Below, in pieces: positions 37,330 to 54,419 of a DNA stretch of 64,000 nt. The translations under genes and the position numbers were made by a program. Below the pieces are notes generated by a model, which searched no databases, was not told the origin of the DNA, and saw only the letters and a list, made by a program, of their open reading frames with translations. This stretch comes from Sminthopsis crassicaudata (Eukaryota). Numbering within the stretch: position 1 is the first letter of the stretch; every line of letters starts with the position of its first letter. The DNA lies in contig NC_133620.1 of the NCBI RefSeq assembly GCF_048593235.1, positions 348,430,454 through 348,494,453 of the forward strand, in the 5' to 3' direction.

Positions 37330-37452
37330 GGGGTTAAGTGACTTACCCAGGGTCACACAGCTAGGAAGTGTTAAGTGTCTGAGACCACATTTGAATTCAG
37401 GTCCTCCTGAATTCAGGGTTGATGCTCTATCCACTGCACCACCTACCTGTCC
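37330..37452 (-). mobile_element. WSINE1-like SINE
   Basis: ggggttaagtgacttacccagggtcacacagctaggaagtgttaagtgtctgagaccacatttgaattcaggtcctcc...gctctatccactgcaccacctacctgtcccc. Confidence 0.85.
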
Positions 37453-37629
37453 CCTCATTAAGTTTTTAATAGCTAAAAACTAAACTAAGACTCTTGGAGC
37501 ATCCTGTATAGCAGGAATCTTGAATTCCCGGCTGCTTTCCTGAATCCAGCTCTTTCTTCCAGCCTCAGGATCCTCTAGGAGAAGGCATGGAGGTGCGCTG
37601 GAAAAGGAAGCATTCTTCCTCTTTAGGCA

Positions 37630-41924
<4,295 letters not shown>

Positions 41925-42033
41925 CCACTCCAATGGAGCCTCTTCCTGGAACCCAGACTTCCTTGTTTATCTGCGGGAGGTTGTGTTTTCTGCAGTCACT
42001 CTGGACCTTGATCTGACCTAAAAGTTCTGACTC

Positions 42034-42039
42034 AATAAA
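42034..42039 (+). terminator. SCRN2: SCRN2 polyadenylation signal
   Basis: AATAAA ~110 nt after the stop codon, followed by a T-rich tract. Confidence 0.8.
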
Positions 42040-42241
42040 CTTGTTTTTCTTTTCCCTGTGCACCAAATTTTAATCCTTGGTCTGATATGGAAGGAGTGGC
42101 CAGAGAGGTCACTGAGGTTCCCAGTTTTTAATTTCTCCACTCACTTATATGAAAGGAACATTGGGAACCAGTTATTCTTTATTAGAATGAACTGCAGTCA
42201 AGGAATGAGAATTTAAAGACTATCACTCTTATTCCCCATCT

Positions 42242-42247
42242 TTTATT
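42242..42247 (-). terminator. LRRC46: LRRC46 polyadenylation signal
   Basis: tttatt on + (AATAAA on -), ~33 nt downstream of the TGA. Confidence 0.7.
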
Positions 42248-42279
42248 CCTGTCATAGGATATAAAGAGGCTGTGGCCTT

Positions 42280-45200
42280 TCACTTCTTGGCTTTGATGTT
42301 TGCTATTCTGGTAGTGCCTTGAGCTTTGGCTTGGGGGCTGGTGGTCAGTCTTCCTTTTTTGTCCGTCTGAACAGTGTGGCTTGGCTGCTGGCTGTCTAGT
42401 CCATGGGATTTCTTGATAGCAGAAGGTTTCCCAGGGGAAGTGGTAGTGGGCTTGGTCTCAGCTGTATCTTGCTTGGACACTGAGGATGAATTGTGGCTCT
42501 TAGATGGAGGGGCCCCTGGCAGCAGTGAAAGATCAGTGATCACAGGCTTCAATGCCATCCTGATTTCATGCTCCATCAGGGTGTTTCTTATTCTCCTGTC
42601 CCTGTTTCTGGCCAATTCCTGTTCTAGTTCCTGGAAAAAGCCTGTGGCAGAAGGAAGCACATATCCAGATTCCTGAATTCAGAAAGACAAGGCTGGATCC
42701 AGAGCTGTAACTTACTGTTCTATCTGGGACAAATCAATCTCCAGGTAAATAAAAAAGAGTCCCACTTGGTCCTCAGAAGCACACATTGACTTAAACAAGA
42801 AGAAACTACCATAAGAATTTCTTCCAATCGATGGAAACTTAAAGTTTAACAGGAAGCCATTTGTTGGATTTACATCCTTTTAAAATTAATTAGACTTGAA
42901 GTCTGGTTGCTAAAACTCCATTATTCTACTTTAGATACTGGGGAGGTAGTGTGCTGGAAAGACATTTAAGCTTCCTATTTAAACTTTTCCTCACGAAACT
43001 GATGGGGATATAAGACAGATAAGATGGAGGTTTGGTGGCAGAATAAGTCACTCAGTCTGTTTACAACTAAGCCCTGTTATAATTGTAGATTCTATTCTTG
43101 AGCCAGCTCAGATTTGCTCTGCTCCTTCTCTCTCTTGCTTGTGGTTATGCTATTGAGGTGACATCATCTTGACATCCCTATTCTGTCATATCCCTATGCC
43201 TGTTGTCTGTATAAATTAGGAGAGATATGGGTTTGGGGAAGATCAGTCACCTCGTTCTGCACAAAAGGGGCCACTCAACTCTGGGAACTCATCCTGGGTA
43301 TCTGTCACTTTGTCCTCCTCCTCCTCCTGGTCCTCCCAACCAGGCACCGTCTCACCATCTAGATCCAGAAGCTGAGGTAAGAACTCTATCACCATTTCCC
43401 TACAGGGAGGAAAAGATAACATTGTGTTGGAAAGGTGCATCCTGTATATGCAAGGGCCTTTATCTAAGGAGGTACAGGAAAATAAGAAAAGAAATAGTCC
43501 TTTGCTCTGCACCTCAAGGCAAACAATCTAGCTGGATGTGAGGAAGTGAGCTCATAGGATGCTGCATTTGTCTAGTAATCACCACATAGGACCAGGACCA
43601 AGCTGGGGGCTATAGAAACAAAGCAGTTATTTTGAGGTAATCTATGCAAGAAAGGACAGGGTTTGGGGATTATTGGGAAACGGTAAAAGAAAAGGGAATG
43701 GTCCCTCTATTCTCTATAAAAGCTTGTTTTTTTCTTCTTTAAATCTGGCTCTCTTCCATTTACTTACCTGTAGCCATCCTGCTTGGTACAATCATTCCCA
43801 GAAAGATTAAGGATGATGAGGTTCTGGGGAAGCTCAGCTACATGGACAGAAGGGAAAAAATGCAACCAATTAAGACACTTTCCTTCTCACTCTTAGCTTT
43901 GCCAAGTACCAAGTTTTTTGCAATTATCTATGACATACCCCTCAATTCCACCCTGCTTTCTTGAAAGCTTTTTAGGGTTTGGGGGAACAATGAACAGGGA
44001 TGGGGGCTTGGTCCCCCAAGCCAGGATAAGAGGCCTCCTACCTAGTTGCAATGTTGCAATTTTATTGTGGGACAAATCCAGGAGCTGCAGCTGCTGGAGA
44101 CCATGAAGGTTTTCTACCTGTTGGATCTTGTTTCCTGCCAGAGTTAGGAAGCTAGGAGAGAAAGGAAATAGAAACCCAAGGAGCTACTCAGAATAGCTTA
44201 TGAAAGGCACAAGACGTGGTTTGGGAAACAGTGGAATGCAGAGAAGTAGAAATTGGAAAAGAAGGGGAAGCCAGGCTACCTGTTCTGAAAACAAGTTCAT
44301 TACTTTCTTGTAGGTATTCTAACCCAAAGGACTGGACTATATCACTTACCGCAAGCAAGACAGGCAGTCTAAGTTCTCAATTCGCTGGATCTCATTCTGT
44401 AATAAGAAATATGAAGGTGAGAATTAAAAAACAAAACAAAACCTAGAATCATTTTCTTCTCTCCTCTAATTCAAATACCTGGAGGAAATCTTCCAACTCT
44501 GGGGAAATGGAGAAATAATAATAACAAATCACATTTATATAACATTATGTGGTTAGAAAAACTTGTTTTTTTGTTTTGTTTTGTTTTAACAATATACCTC
44601 TCATATAAGGATTACCAGCTTGGAAAGATCTTTCACATTTAGTTCTGGGACCTTCCTAGTGAGATCTCCCACAGCTTCCTATCTACTACAGCTGTCATAT
44701 TCAGGGCTGGTTGGATCTCATATGCAGGGCAAACCCCATGAACATCTGTTCTGGTACTAGAATCAGAATGTAGGAGACAGGCCAGACCAAGGAGAGATAG
44801 GAAAATTGGAATGGCACTGTTATTGCATAATAAGCACCCAATTATTTTTGATCCGAAGAAAAGGTCAAGGAACGAGTATTACTCAACATATAGGAGAGAA
44901 GATGAATGGGGCCATGGGGAAGCAGTCTCTAAGTCTCTAAGAAAAGAGGCTAAGCTGTTATGGAAAATAAGAAATTTGGGCTAGATATCAGAAAGAACTG
45001 CTTGAGGAGGAGGGCATGTCACTGATATGGCCTAGTATGGAGGGCACCTCTCCTTTTTGGGTCTTAGCTGAGATTATTTGAATAAAGTCCTTTCTCAAGG
45101 CAGAAGATTTGACAGAATGCATTTACAAAATCATAGACTAGGTAGGGACTTTAATTACTTAGTGAAATTTATACTTGAATCATAAAACAACAATCTGGAC

Positions 45201-46249
45201 AGATGGCCTCTACTTAAAGACTTTCAGTGATAGGGAGGTCACTATATCACGAGTCAGCTCATTTTTTGGCTGCTCCTCTATCAAGATAGGGTACTAAGTA
45301 TCAGAAAATTTTTCTTCCTAATGGTACTATACAGGTCATTCAAGTACAACTTCCTTTTACAGATAGAAGAATTCAAGCTCAGAGAGGAAAGTGACTTGTG
45401 TAGGTTAATAAAGGTAGTAATGGCAGAGGCAGATTTTGAACACAGGTTCACTTTCTGCTGTGGCACCCTTCTTTGTTCTCACTGAGGATGAATACTAGCA
45501 TACTTCTATATCTTCTCTTCCCAATAGCAAAACTGGAATACACACCCAGTTCTTTAAATAATTATTATATATCTCATCCTCTTGGTCATCCCCCTCTGGG
45601 TATACCCCTTTTGTCTGTATTTTCTTCAGATATAACCCCAAGAACTGAATACAACATTTTAAATGTGGTCTGACCAGGCTCCTGTAGAAGTTGGAGCTTT
45701 GGGGGGGCCTTTCTTAACTAAAGTTCCACAGTCCCCTACGGTGGTAGAGAAAACTCACCTCTTGGAGGTAGAGGCTGTGAAGGGCTTGGAGAGACTCCAG
45801 GTTTCCAATATAGCCAATGCCCTCTCGATCTAGCCGAACAGTCTGTAGCATAGCAAGAGCCTGAGGCCTGGTAAGAGAGGCAGCCGTGGAGAAGTAATCG
45901 ACCCACACCGTCAGTTTCTCAGGGCATTTCCAAAGAAGGAAGCAGTGCTGAAGGATTTCAATTAGCTCTCAGCAAGAATGTCCTAATGTTTGTATTAAGG
46001 GCTGCAGACCCTGATCCAGGCTGGACTCAGGTTCCGGAGTAATAGAAATTGCAATGGGAGAGGGATTCCAGTGGATCCTCAAGAAGGATTGTGAAATTGA
46101 CAAGAAGAGAAATAAATGGGGCAGCTACATGGTGTAGTGGTTAGAGCACCAGCCTTGAAGCCAAGAGGACCTGAGTTCAAATCTGGTCTTAGACACTTAA
46201 CACTTCCTAGCTATGTGACCCTGTGCAAGTTACTTAACCCCAATTGCCT

Positions 46250-46294
<45 letters not shown>

Positions 46295-46875
46295 CAGCAA
46301 TACAAGTTTTCTTTTCTTTCTTTCTTTTTTTCAAAGAAATAAACAAGACCCTAAGTCTCGTTGACATGATTTCTGTANNNNNNNNNNNNNNNNNNNNNNN
46401 NNNNNNNNNNNNNNNNNNNNNNNNNNNNNNNNNNNNNNNNNNNNNNNNNNNNNNNNNNNNNNNNNNNNNNNNNNNNNNNNNNNNNNNNNNNNNNNNNNNN
46501 NNNNNNNNNNNNNNNNNNNCTCAGCAGGATTTTTTGTGGAGAGGAATAGAGAAGGGAATGGTGAAGAAAGGGACTGGTAAAGAATAAAGTTTAGGAGTTT
46601 TGGCTGGGACAGGACAAGGAGCCCTTGGATTCACCTTCTAACCTATTAAATACTCACGTCACCTCTGCAGGATCCTCCTCTTTTGTGAAAGCCAAGTTCC
46701 TCTTGGCAATGAGGGCATCAGAGATGCAGATACCCACAGGGCTCTGAGCGGGAGCAGCTAAAAAGAAAAGAGAGCTCAGTCACACCTTTCCTAGAAGAGA
46801 ATTAGCTGATGACGCTCAGTGGTCGAGCTGTGGAGGGAAAACCAACAGCACATCTGTCTTATTACCTCCGTGCAT
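42280..46875 (-). CDS. LRRC46: Leucine-rich repeat-containing protein 46, 318 aa; complement join(46866..46875,46658..46757,45759..45867,44350..44396,44042..44151,43768..43837,43251..43399,42280..42641)
   Basis: All introns are GT-AG and the frame is intact (957 nt). LRR segments are LQTVRLDREGIGYIGNLESLQALHSLYLQE, NEIQRIENL, FLTLAGNKIQQVENL, LLDLSHNKI and LIILNLSGNDCT, followed by EFPELSGPFCAERGFFQELEQEL. It is head-to-head with MRPL10 and tail-to-tail with SCRN2. Confidence 0.96.
46118..46293 (+). mobile_element. WSINE1-like SINE with ~40-nt poly(A) tail (LRRC46 intron 2)
   Basis: It has a tRNA-like head (ggggcagctacatggtgtagtggttagagcacc...gagttcaaatc), a CORE segment and a long pure A tail. 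Confidence 0.9.
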
Positions 46876-47149
46876 GGCTTCCTTTAGCGGGGAGGAGACT
46901 GAAGACCGGGGTAGAAGGAGGGAAGGAAGAAAAGGCACCTTAAGAGCCCTTGAGGACACTGGAACCAAGAGTGGGGTGAAGGTGGGGAGAGGGAAGTTCT
47001 GATATTTGGAGGAGGGAGGTGGAGTCACCCTTTTTGCAATGGGGAGGAAGTAGGGAGCCAGGAGTGGAGAACCAATGAGCAGAGGGTTAAAGGGGATATA
47101 AAGAGGAGATCGGGAAGCCCCGATATAGCAGACTGCCACCCGGAGGTGC

Positions 47150-47410
47150 TGCAATGAAGGTTGGGGCTGTTCTCCGCACTGGATCCCGTTGCTAGGAAAC
47201 GAGGATGCTTTGATCTGCGCATGCGCCAATGTGAGCTCCAGAAAGCGGGGCGGGACGAAGGAAAGGAGAGGAAAGGAGTTAGGAAGGTTGCCGCAGACTC
47301 CGCCCCTGTGCGGCGCTACAGCTTCCGGTTTTGAGCTCGGAGCCCCATAATCCTTTGTTCTTTCTGTCTCCTACCGGGACCCGTACGGCGGCCGGTGAAG
47401 ATGGCGGCGG
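47150..47410. promoter_or_regulatory. Bidirectional CpG promoter LRRC46(-)/MRPL10(+)
   Basis: X-box GTTGCTAGGAAAC 47188-47200; NRF1-like TGCGCATGCGCC 47216-47227; CCAAT 47226-47230; GC box ~47246; ETS CTTCCGG 47322-47328; YY1 AAGATGGCGGC 47398-47408. Confidence 0.85.
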
Positions 47411-49847
47411 CCGTGGTTGGAATCCTGGGCCGCCGGCTCCAGCCCCGAGCTGGTAAGAAGTGGGAAGCATCTCCATGGAGACTCTGGTCCTCTAACCAAG
47501 AACCTCGAGGGCCGGGCTTCCTTGCCCTTCTAAATGACTTCCGGACCCAGATTTCCCCTAGCTGGCTTTAGTGACCCCTGACCTCAGCAGATCTCCTGGT
47601 GTGTCCCCCAGCCTCTTCCTCTGAGGATTACTTGTGTGCACTCCCAGCGAGGCTAACCTCAGCCCTACGGGACGAGGGAGCTGCCAAATATCAACATCCT
47701 TGTATGAGATTTAAAGCCCTTCACAACGTGGCCCATCCATCTTTCCAGAATTATACATATTCAGCCCTCCTGGCCTTCCCGCCATACGCGTACATCCCAT
47801 TTTCCACCCCTACGCCTTTAAACTGGCTGTTCCTCCTGCCAGTAATGCATTCCCGCTCACGTCGGTTGCTTATATCTCCAGCTTCTTTCAAGACTGACCT
47901 CGGGTCCCCTTAAGCAGGCTTTTCCTGACCCCCCCATTGATTCAGAGTCTTCCTGCTACCATGTACAGTACTTTGTGTGTTACTTCTTAGCAAATTGTAA
48001 GCTTTCAGCGGGCAGGGGCTATTTTTTCTTTTGATCTTTTCTATTCTCTTTGCCCAGCACTTGATACATAGTAACCACTTGTTGAATGCATAGAGTCTGG
48101 GGAGTCACCAGCAGTTGTTAATAGGAGAGTGAGGTTGATTCTGACTTTCCTGTAGTATTTTAGCGTGCTGAGGGAGCTTAGAACCTGAGGTGGCAGAAAG
48201 CATACGATTTGACATTAACGGGCCTGTATTCGGATAGGACCCTTTGACTGAACAAGGGCCTTGGGCTCCAGTTTCCTCTTGGATGGTTTTTCTTAAGCTC
48301 CTTCTGACTTGAAATTTGTCAGTCCTGTGATCTAATTCAGTCTTCTCATTTTGTAAATAAGAAACAACGTGTTATTTACATAACTTCCAAGACCTTAAGG
48401 TTATGATCCCTCCTAAGTAGATTATCTTGTTTGAACCAGACTGTAAGGGACTTGATCCATGTATAGATGAAGTAGACTCAGAAAGGCTGTCAGTTAGTTG
48501 CCCAGGATCTACACAGTGGATTTGAACTCCAGTCTGCAGGTTCATCCTAACAGTTTTTATTAAAATTTATTGCTTTTCAATTGAACATTTAAAAAATTGA
48601 TTCCATTCTCCCTTCTAATTGAGCAAATAAAACAAATAGATAAATAAATCCCCCCCCCCCCCAGTTCCTACGTTACCTATATATAAGAATGTATGTTTCT
48701 TTCTTTGCTTTCTGTCAAAAGATGAGTGGTATGTTTCATCTTCATTGTTTTGAATTCATTGGTTTTCATCACAGTGGTTAATGTTTAAAGTCTTTCACAG
48801 TTGTTTTTCTCTTTAATGTATAAATTATTCTCCTAATTCTTGTACAGTTTGTCTTCCCAGGTTTCCCTGACATTATCCATTCCTGATTTCTCTTCTAGTT
48901 CTACTTGTACTATGTTTCCTCTTACCATTGCCTCTCAAGCTCTGGAATAGTAATAATGATTGTGACATTTTTTCCAAAAAAGTTCAAAATACTTTATCCC
49001 CTGTTCTTGTTCAAAAATAAAGCTCCAGACAGTAAGTCCTTCAAAGTCACAGAAGAATAATAAGAATAATGAGAGATAGGCTTTGGCCATCTTCAGAACT
49101 TTGTAACTGAGAATTGTGATTGTCTCTGTTGGGAAGAAGGGATGGAAGACATTTTAACTCTATGCCTTTTACTCATGGTAAACTGTATCTTACCTGTTTT
49201 ATCCTCTATCTTGTCAGGTCAGCTGCCCACCATCCAGACTGTTCGCCATGCTTCCAAGGCTGTCACCCGACATGTTCGAGTTATGCACTTTGAGAGACAG
49301 AAGCTGATGGCATTGACTCAGTATATCCCCCCAAAACCTGCCATTCCCACTTGTTGTCTGCCCCCTGATCACAAGCCACTCTCAGAGGTAAGAAGCAGCA
49401 TGAGACTGTTAGAAGAATGCGTGAGATCAAGTTGGCTTTGTGTCCTTGACCAAAGCAGAGGATTAAGGACAGGAGAGTCACTTAGATCACTGCTTTTTAA
49501 ACTAGATGGCAACTCCATATGGGGTCACATAACTGCATGTAGGGGTTGTGAAATTAAGACTTACTGTCAGTAAATGTTTGATTTGTATACCTGTTTTATA
49601 TATCTGTATACTTGTAGTAGCATAAAAATTTCTCAGGCAAAAAGGGGTCACAAATGGAAAAAAGTTTAAAAGCACTAAATTAAATCATTGCTTCAGTTTT
49701 TTCTACTATGGGAGAGCCTCTAGCACTTTAAAATGAAAAAATGTACTCAGGGTTTCATTGATTCTGAAAGGCAGACTTTTCAGAAAGGTTTACAGAAGTC
49801 ATTTTCTTCCATGAGATCAGCCATGCTATGCCGTCCGCGCGCGTGTG

Positions 49848-49884
<37 letters not shown>

Positions 49885-51597
49885 GCGTGCATGTTTTTTA
49901 AGGGGTAAGAGCTAGCAAATACCCAATGCCTGTTCATATTATCTTTCTTCCAAATCTTTAGGAGTCAGGCTTGACCCAACTGCTCAAGAGGGAGGTGATA
50001 GAAGTTTTCAGAAAAAACCGAATGATTGCTGTTTGTCAGAATGTGGCCCTGAGTGCTGAGGATAAGCTTCTTGTCAAGCATCAGCTTCGGAAACACAACA
50101 TCTTTGTGAAAGTCTTTCCCAATTCAGTAAGGAAGGGGCGGGGATCACATGTTGCCCTAATTTCTCCTTCTTGGACTAGAGCAGCAGCATCTTTTTCCTT
50201 TCCTCATGTCCTGGGGAAGTGAGAAAAAGACTTAGGCTGATTGTGGTGGCTCCATGTTCCCTTTTCATTTCCCAACTACACACTGACAGGTATTGAATGC
50301 TGGGAGTGGGTAATGGGGTATTTCATTCTGTCAATTATGCTCTCTCTACCCCAGATCCTGAGGCCATTCCTGGCAGAATCTAAGTATCAAAATCTGCTTC
50401 CTCTCTTTGTTGGCCATAACATGCTGCTGGTGAGCTCAGAACCCAAGGTGAAGGAAATGCTTCGGGTCCTGAGGAGCGTGCCTGTCCTGCCACTACTGGG
50501 TGAGAGCCCTAGTTGAGGAAGGGGAGATGAGTTGGGGGCATCATCTCCAGGTAATACACCAGTGACCGAAGGAAATGAGCATCTAGAGAAAGTCCATTAG
50601 GTCAAGGGAGAACAGTAGGGAATGTTTTAGTCAAATTATCCAGGTTGCTGCAGTCTTCATAGGATCCTGGATCTGTTGCCCTTCTTAGTAACCTCTATGA
50701 GTATTGGAGGGACATACCCCCTAGCCATCAAGGTAGTGGAGCATTGGGACACATATAAGTAAAAATTGTGTATATACACAAATGCTAAGTTATGTAGGAT
50801 AAATCATAAAAGTTCTTTCTTAGTGATGGGTTGATCAGGACCAGATAGAATTAATAAAGCAAGATTTCCTAGACTAATTGGAGAAGAAGGAAGAATGAGG
50901 AGACATGGTCTTCTCAGATCATTAAAACTGTCTAATCAAAGGCTGGGAGTCCAGCTTTAGGGAATATATTGCTAGACCTGGAGAATGTTGTTGAGTCAGA
51001 TAAGAATGTTTGACCTTAAAGCACTATATAAATAAAGGTAGTTAGGTTCAGGCCTTGAAACTCAGTGCCATCCTCCCTCTCATTTACCCTTATATCCTAT
51101 CTATAGCCAAGTCTTGGTCTTCCCACCTTTATGGGATCTCTTGTATAAGCCCAGTTTCTGCAAGAGGCCTTTCCTGGTCCTCTAGTTGCTAATGCCTGTC
51201 TGTACCTTGTAGCTTGTGGTTATTCTCCTTTATTAGAGTGCATGGTCCTTAAAGGCATGGACTGTTATTTAGTCTCCAGAGTACAGCTTGGTGCTTGGAC
51301 AGCTAAATATTTTAGTTCTGACATACCCCCTTTCTTTCAGGTGGCTGCATTGATGACACCATCCTCAGCTATCAGGGTTTCCTGAACTACTCCAAACTGC
51401 CCTCTCAGTCTTTGATGCAGAGCGAGCTGGTGGGCGGCCTGAGCTTGCTGACGGCTCAGACTCACTCCCTTCTGCAGCATCAGCCCCTTCAGCTGACTGC
51501 CTTATTGGAGCAGTACCTCCGACAGCAGCATGGAGAAGGCAGTACAGCGTCTGGCCATGAAGAGCCGGCTTCCCCCGATCTTGTAACAGACACTTAG
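47401..51597 (+). CDS. MRPL10: Mitochondrial ribosomal protein uL10m (MRPL10), 262 aa; join(47401..47452,49218..49387,49962..50126,50355..50499,51341..51597)
   Basis: [17 protein letters not shown] resembles a mitochondrial presequence. Motifs [57 protein letters not shown] and [10 protein letters not shown] match MRPL10. Introns are GT-AG and the CDS totals 789 nt. Confidence 0.98.
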
Positions 51598-52789
51598 CTG
51601 GGCTGGTCTCAGCTTCCATAAAAGTACTTTGACTCAAGAGCCGTGGATGTTGTCTATATGGGATGGGAACGAATTTGGGGTTGATGATGAAAATGAAAGG
51701 GACCAGGGAGGGGCTCCTTGATCCAAGCTCCAGTACCCTGGTATAAAACAAGGCCGGGAAACTGAGGCCTGACTCCTGCTTCTAGCCTTCCTGTCTTGAA
51801 ATTAATACTACTCATAAATAATTACCAATCACTTTACTCACAGTGTGAAAATATACCTATAAGTACTCCCTCATTTACAAATGAAGAATTGGGCTCTGCA
51901 AAATCAAAGAGATCACATCACGGTCACACACAGCTAGTAATTGTTGCAGCCAGCATTGAAACCCAAGTTCTTCTAACTCCAAGTCTAGTACACTTCTCAC
52001 TGTGCCCAGTCAACTGGGTTCCTTGATCCCAAAGAAACCTGATCTACGTAGAGAACAGTGGGTAATCAGAAGTTTTGTTTGCTCCTTCCATCAGTGCTAG
52101 ATAAAATATTGTCTCCCACTCCTATCATAGCTGAACTCCTGGAAATAAGAGAGGGGACAAAAAATTAAGGGACCGATGTTTGGAGGGGTGAAGCTGGGAA
52201 GGAAATATTGAATGGAGTGCCTTGTGTGCTTTTGGAAGTGAGAGAAAGGAAGAAACTTCTCTGCCTGTGGAAAATTGAGTGCCATAAGAGTTCTTATCCT
52301 TTTAGAGTTCCTAATGTGAGAAGAAGAGGTAGGCCACAAATAGAAGTCATGAAGGTAATCCCTGGACTAGGCAAAATGGAAGTGGGGTTGGGCAGGGGAG
52401 AATACAAAGCAGCATTTGATTCTAGGCTCAAAGTAATACCCAGTTCCCCATAGCCCAGGACAAGTGAGTCCTTGTCAGCGAGATTCTGTAGCTCCTGGCT
52501 TTGAACCAATTTTCTGTAGTGTCCAGTGAAGGACTTTGTACCCTGAGCCACGTGGATTTAGCATAATGCCCCCCAGACTTCTCATGCCAGAAAAATTCTC
52601 AATAGCACGGTTCCAGAATGAAATATTAAAATCTGAACTTGGTCCCTCAAGGATTCTTTGACCTGTCCTTGCACTTATGCTCCACCCTGGTGACATAGCA
52701 GGTGCTCAGAGTGTCAGCTGGTGCTGGCACTTATGGCCTCCTCATTCAGTCTCCAAGCATCTGGGGAGGGCTAACCTCCAAGGTAGAAG

Positions 52790-52945
52790 TTCTCAATCTT
52801 TTTTTTGTGGTCATGGACCCCTTGGCAGTCTGATGAAGCTTGTGGACCCCTTCTCAGAATATTTACCAATGTATAAAATAAAATGTAGAGAATTACAAAA
52901 GGAAACCAATTATGTAGAAATAATTATCAAAATACTAAAATAATT
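52790..52945. mobile_element. hAT-Charlie (Charlie4z-like) remnant
   Basis: gttctcaatc...tgtggtcatggaccccttggcagtctgatgaagcttgtggacccccttctcagaat...acaaaaggaaaccaattat. Confidence 0.65.
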
Positions 52946-53113
52946 CATAGCCTATGTATTGAAGGGGTAGATTGAGATTGTCTAACCTGTGCTATTTTTT
53001 ACAGATTTGAGGCTCCCCTCCCACTTCTCCCCTGCTAAAACATTGCTGAAGGGGCACCTCCATTTATACCCCAGAAAAGCTCAGCTTTAGGTTTTTTGAA
53101 ATACAAATCTGTG

Positions 53114-53494
53114 TCAACAACAATACTGTATGGGGATGTATTCTGATGGAAGTGGAAATCTTCAACATAAAGAAGATCCAACTCACTTCCAGTTGATCAA
53201 TGATGGACAGGGGTAGCTGCACCCAGAGAAGAAACACTGGGAGGGGAATGAAAATTGTTAGCACTAATATCTGTCTGCCCAGGTTGCATGTACCTTCGGA
53301 ATCTAATGTTTACTGTGCAACAAGAAAATGATATTCACACACATGTATTGTATCTAGACTATATTGTAACACATGTAAAATGTATGGTATTGCCTGTCGT
53401 CGGGGGGAGGGAATAGAGGGAGGGGGGGTAAACTGGAAAAATGAATACAAGGGATAATATTATAAAATATATATATATAATAAAAAAAAAAAAA
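53114..53494 (+). mobile_element. Young 5'-truncated LINE-1 insertion with poly(A) and a 16-bp TSD
   Basis: The TSD gaaatacaaatctgtg occurs at 53098-53113 and 53495-53510. The insert has a G-rich 3'UTR tract and an A tail. Confidence 0.9.
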
Positions 53495-53784
53495 GAAATA
53501 CAAATCTGTGGAGAGTGTCACTTTGAGCTGCTGGCTATCAGTGAATTCTATTTTAGTGTGAATACAATCTTAAAAGTTGGTGATGATTGAGAGATTGAAA
53601 TGAAGGACATTGGATCCCATTCCCACCACTAAGGGAAAATATTGGGCTGAATGGCATTTGCTCTAACACCAACTCTGTTGTCCTGTCTCCGTGTCAGTTG
53701 TACTAATGGGAGGACCTGTGTGTCTCTGGGGGATGCTCTCCGAGTGCCTTACTCATCTTATCCCTCTCCTCATGACTTAGGCAG

Positions 53785-54101
53785 TATCACCCCCTTTTGT
53801 TTTATTGATTCTACTTTATTATTATTTTGAGCCAACCAGAGGTTAAAGGATTTGCCCAGTCTGGTCTGAGGCTGTATTTGAACCAGATCCTCCTGATTCC
53901 AGGACTGGTACTCTATCCATTGTCCCCACTAGCTGCCCCTATATCACTCCCTTTTGTTTTATTGATTCTACTTTATTATTATTATTATTTTGAGGCAACC
54001 AGGGGGTTAAAGGATTTGCCCGGAGTCTGAGGCTGTATTTGAACCTAGATCTTCCTGATTCCAGGACTGGTACTCTAGCTACTGTCCCCACTGGCCGCCC
54101 C
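53785..54101 (-). repeat. Tandem duplication (~155 bp x2) of a truncated SINE plus flank
   Basis: Two near-identical units run tatcac...ttttgt(t)ttattgattctactttattattatt...ggttaaaggatttgccc...ctgaggctgtatttgaacc...ccaggactggtactcta...gccCC. Confidence 0.85.
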
Positions 54102-54419
54102 TGTATCACCTCCTTTCAGACCGGTTTCAGTTTCATATCGGAGGCCTGCTTCCTGGCTGTTGGCTCCCACCATTAGACTGCACTATTGCCCTGGGAGTGG
54201 CAGAGTGCTCCGGGGAAGCTGGCACTGCCATGGGGCCCCACAGAGCAGGGACACCCATCTCTTCAGTTGTCAATTTGACACCAAATCTGTAGTTCATTTT
54301 CAGATCTTAAGTGAAGCATTGGTGAATATTGATGTTGAAATAGCACTGGGTACCAGCTTGGGTCAGGTTAATGGCAGATGTCAAGTTGGGTCAAAGCAGC
54401 AGCAGTCTGAGTGAGCTAG

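Noticed and set aside
46118-46200. tRNA-like A/B boxes
   Set aside because: These are heads of tRNA-derived SINEs followed by CORE and poly(A), not tRNA genes.
51598-52900. MRPL10 poly(A) signal
   Set aside because: There is no AATAAA near the stop. Only variants occur (CATAAA ~51617, ATTAAA 52625) and an AATAAA inside a Charlie remnant, so the site cannot be assigned from sequence alone.
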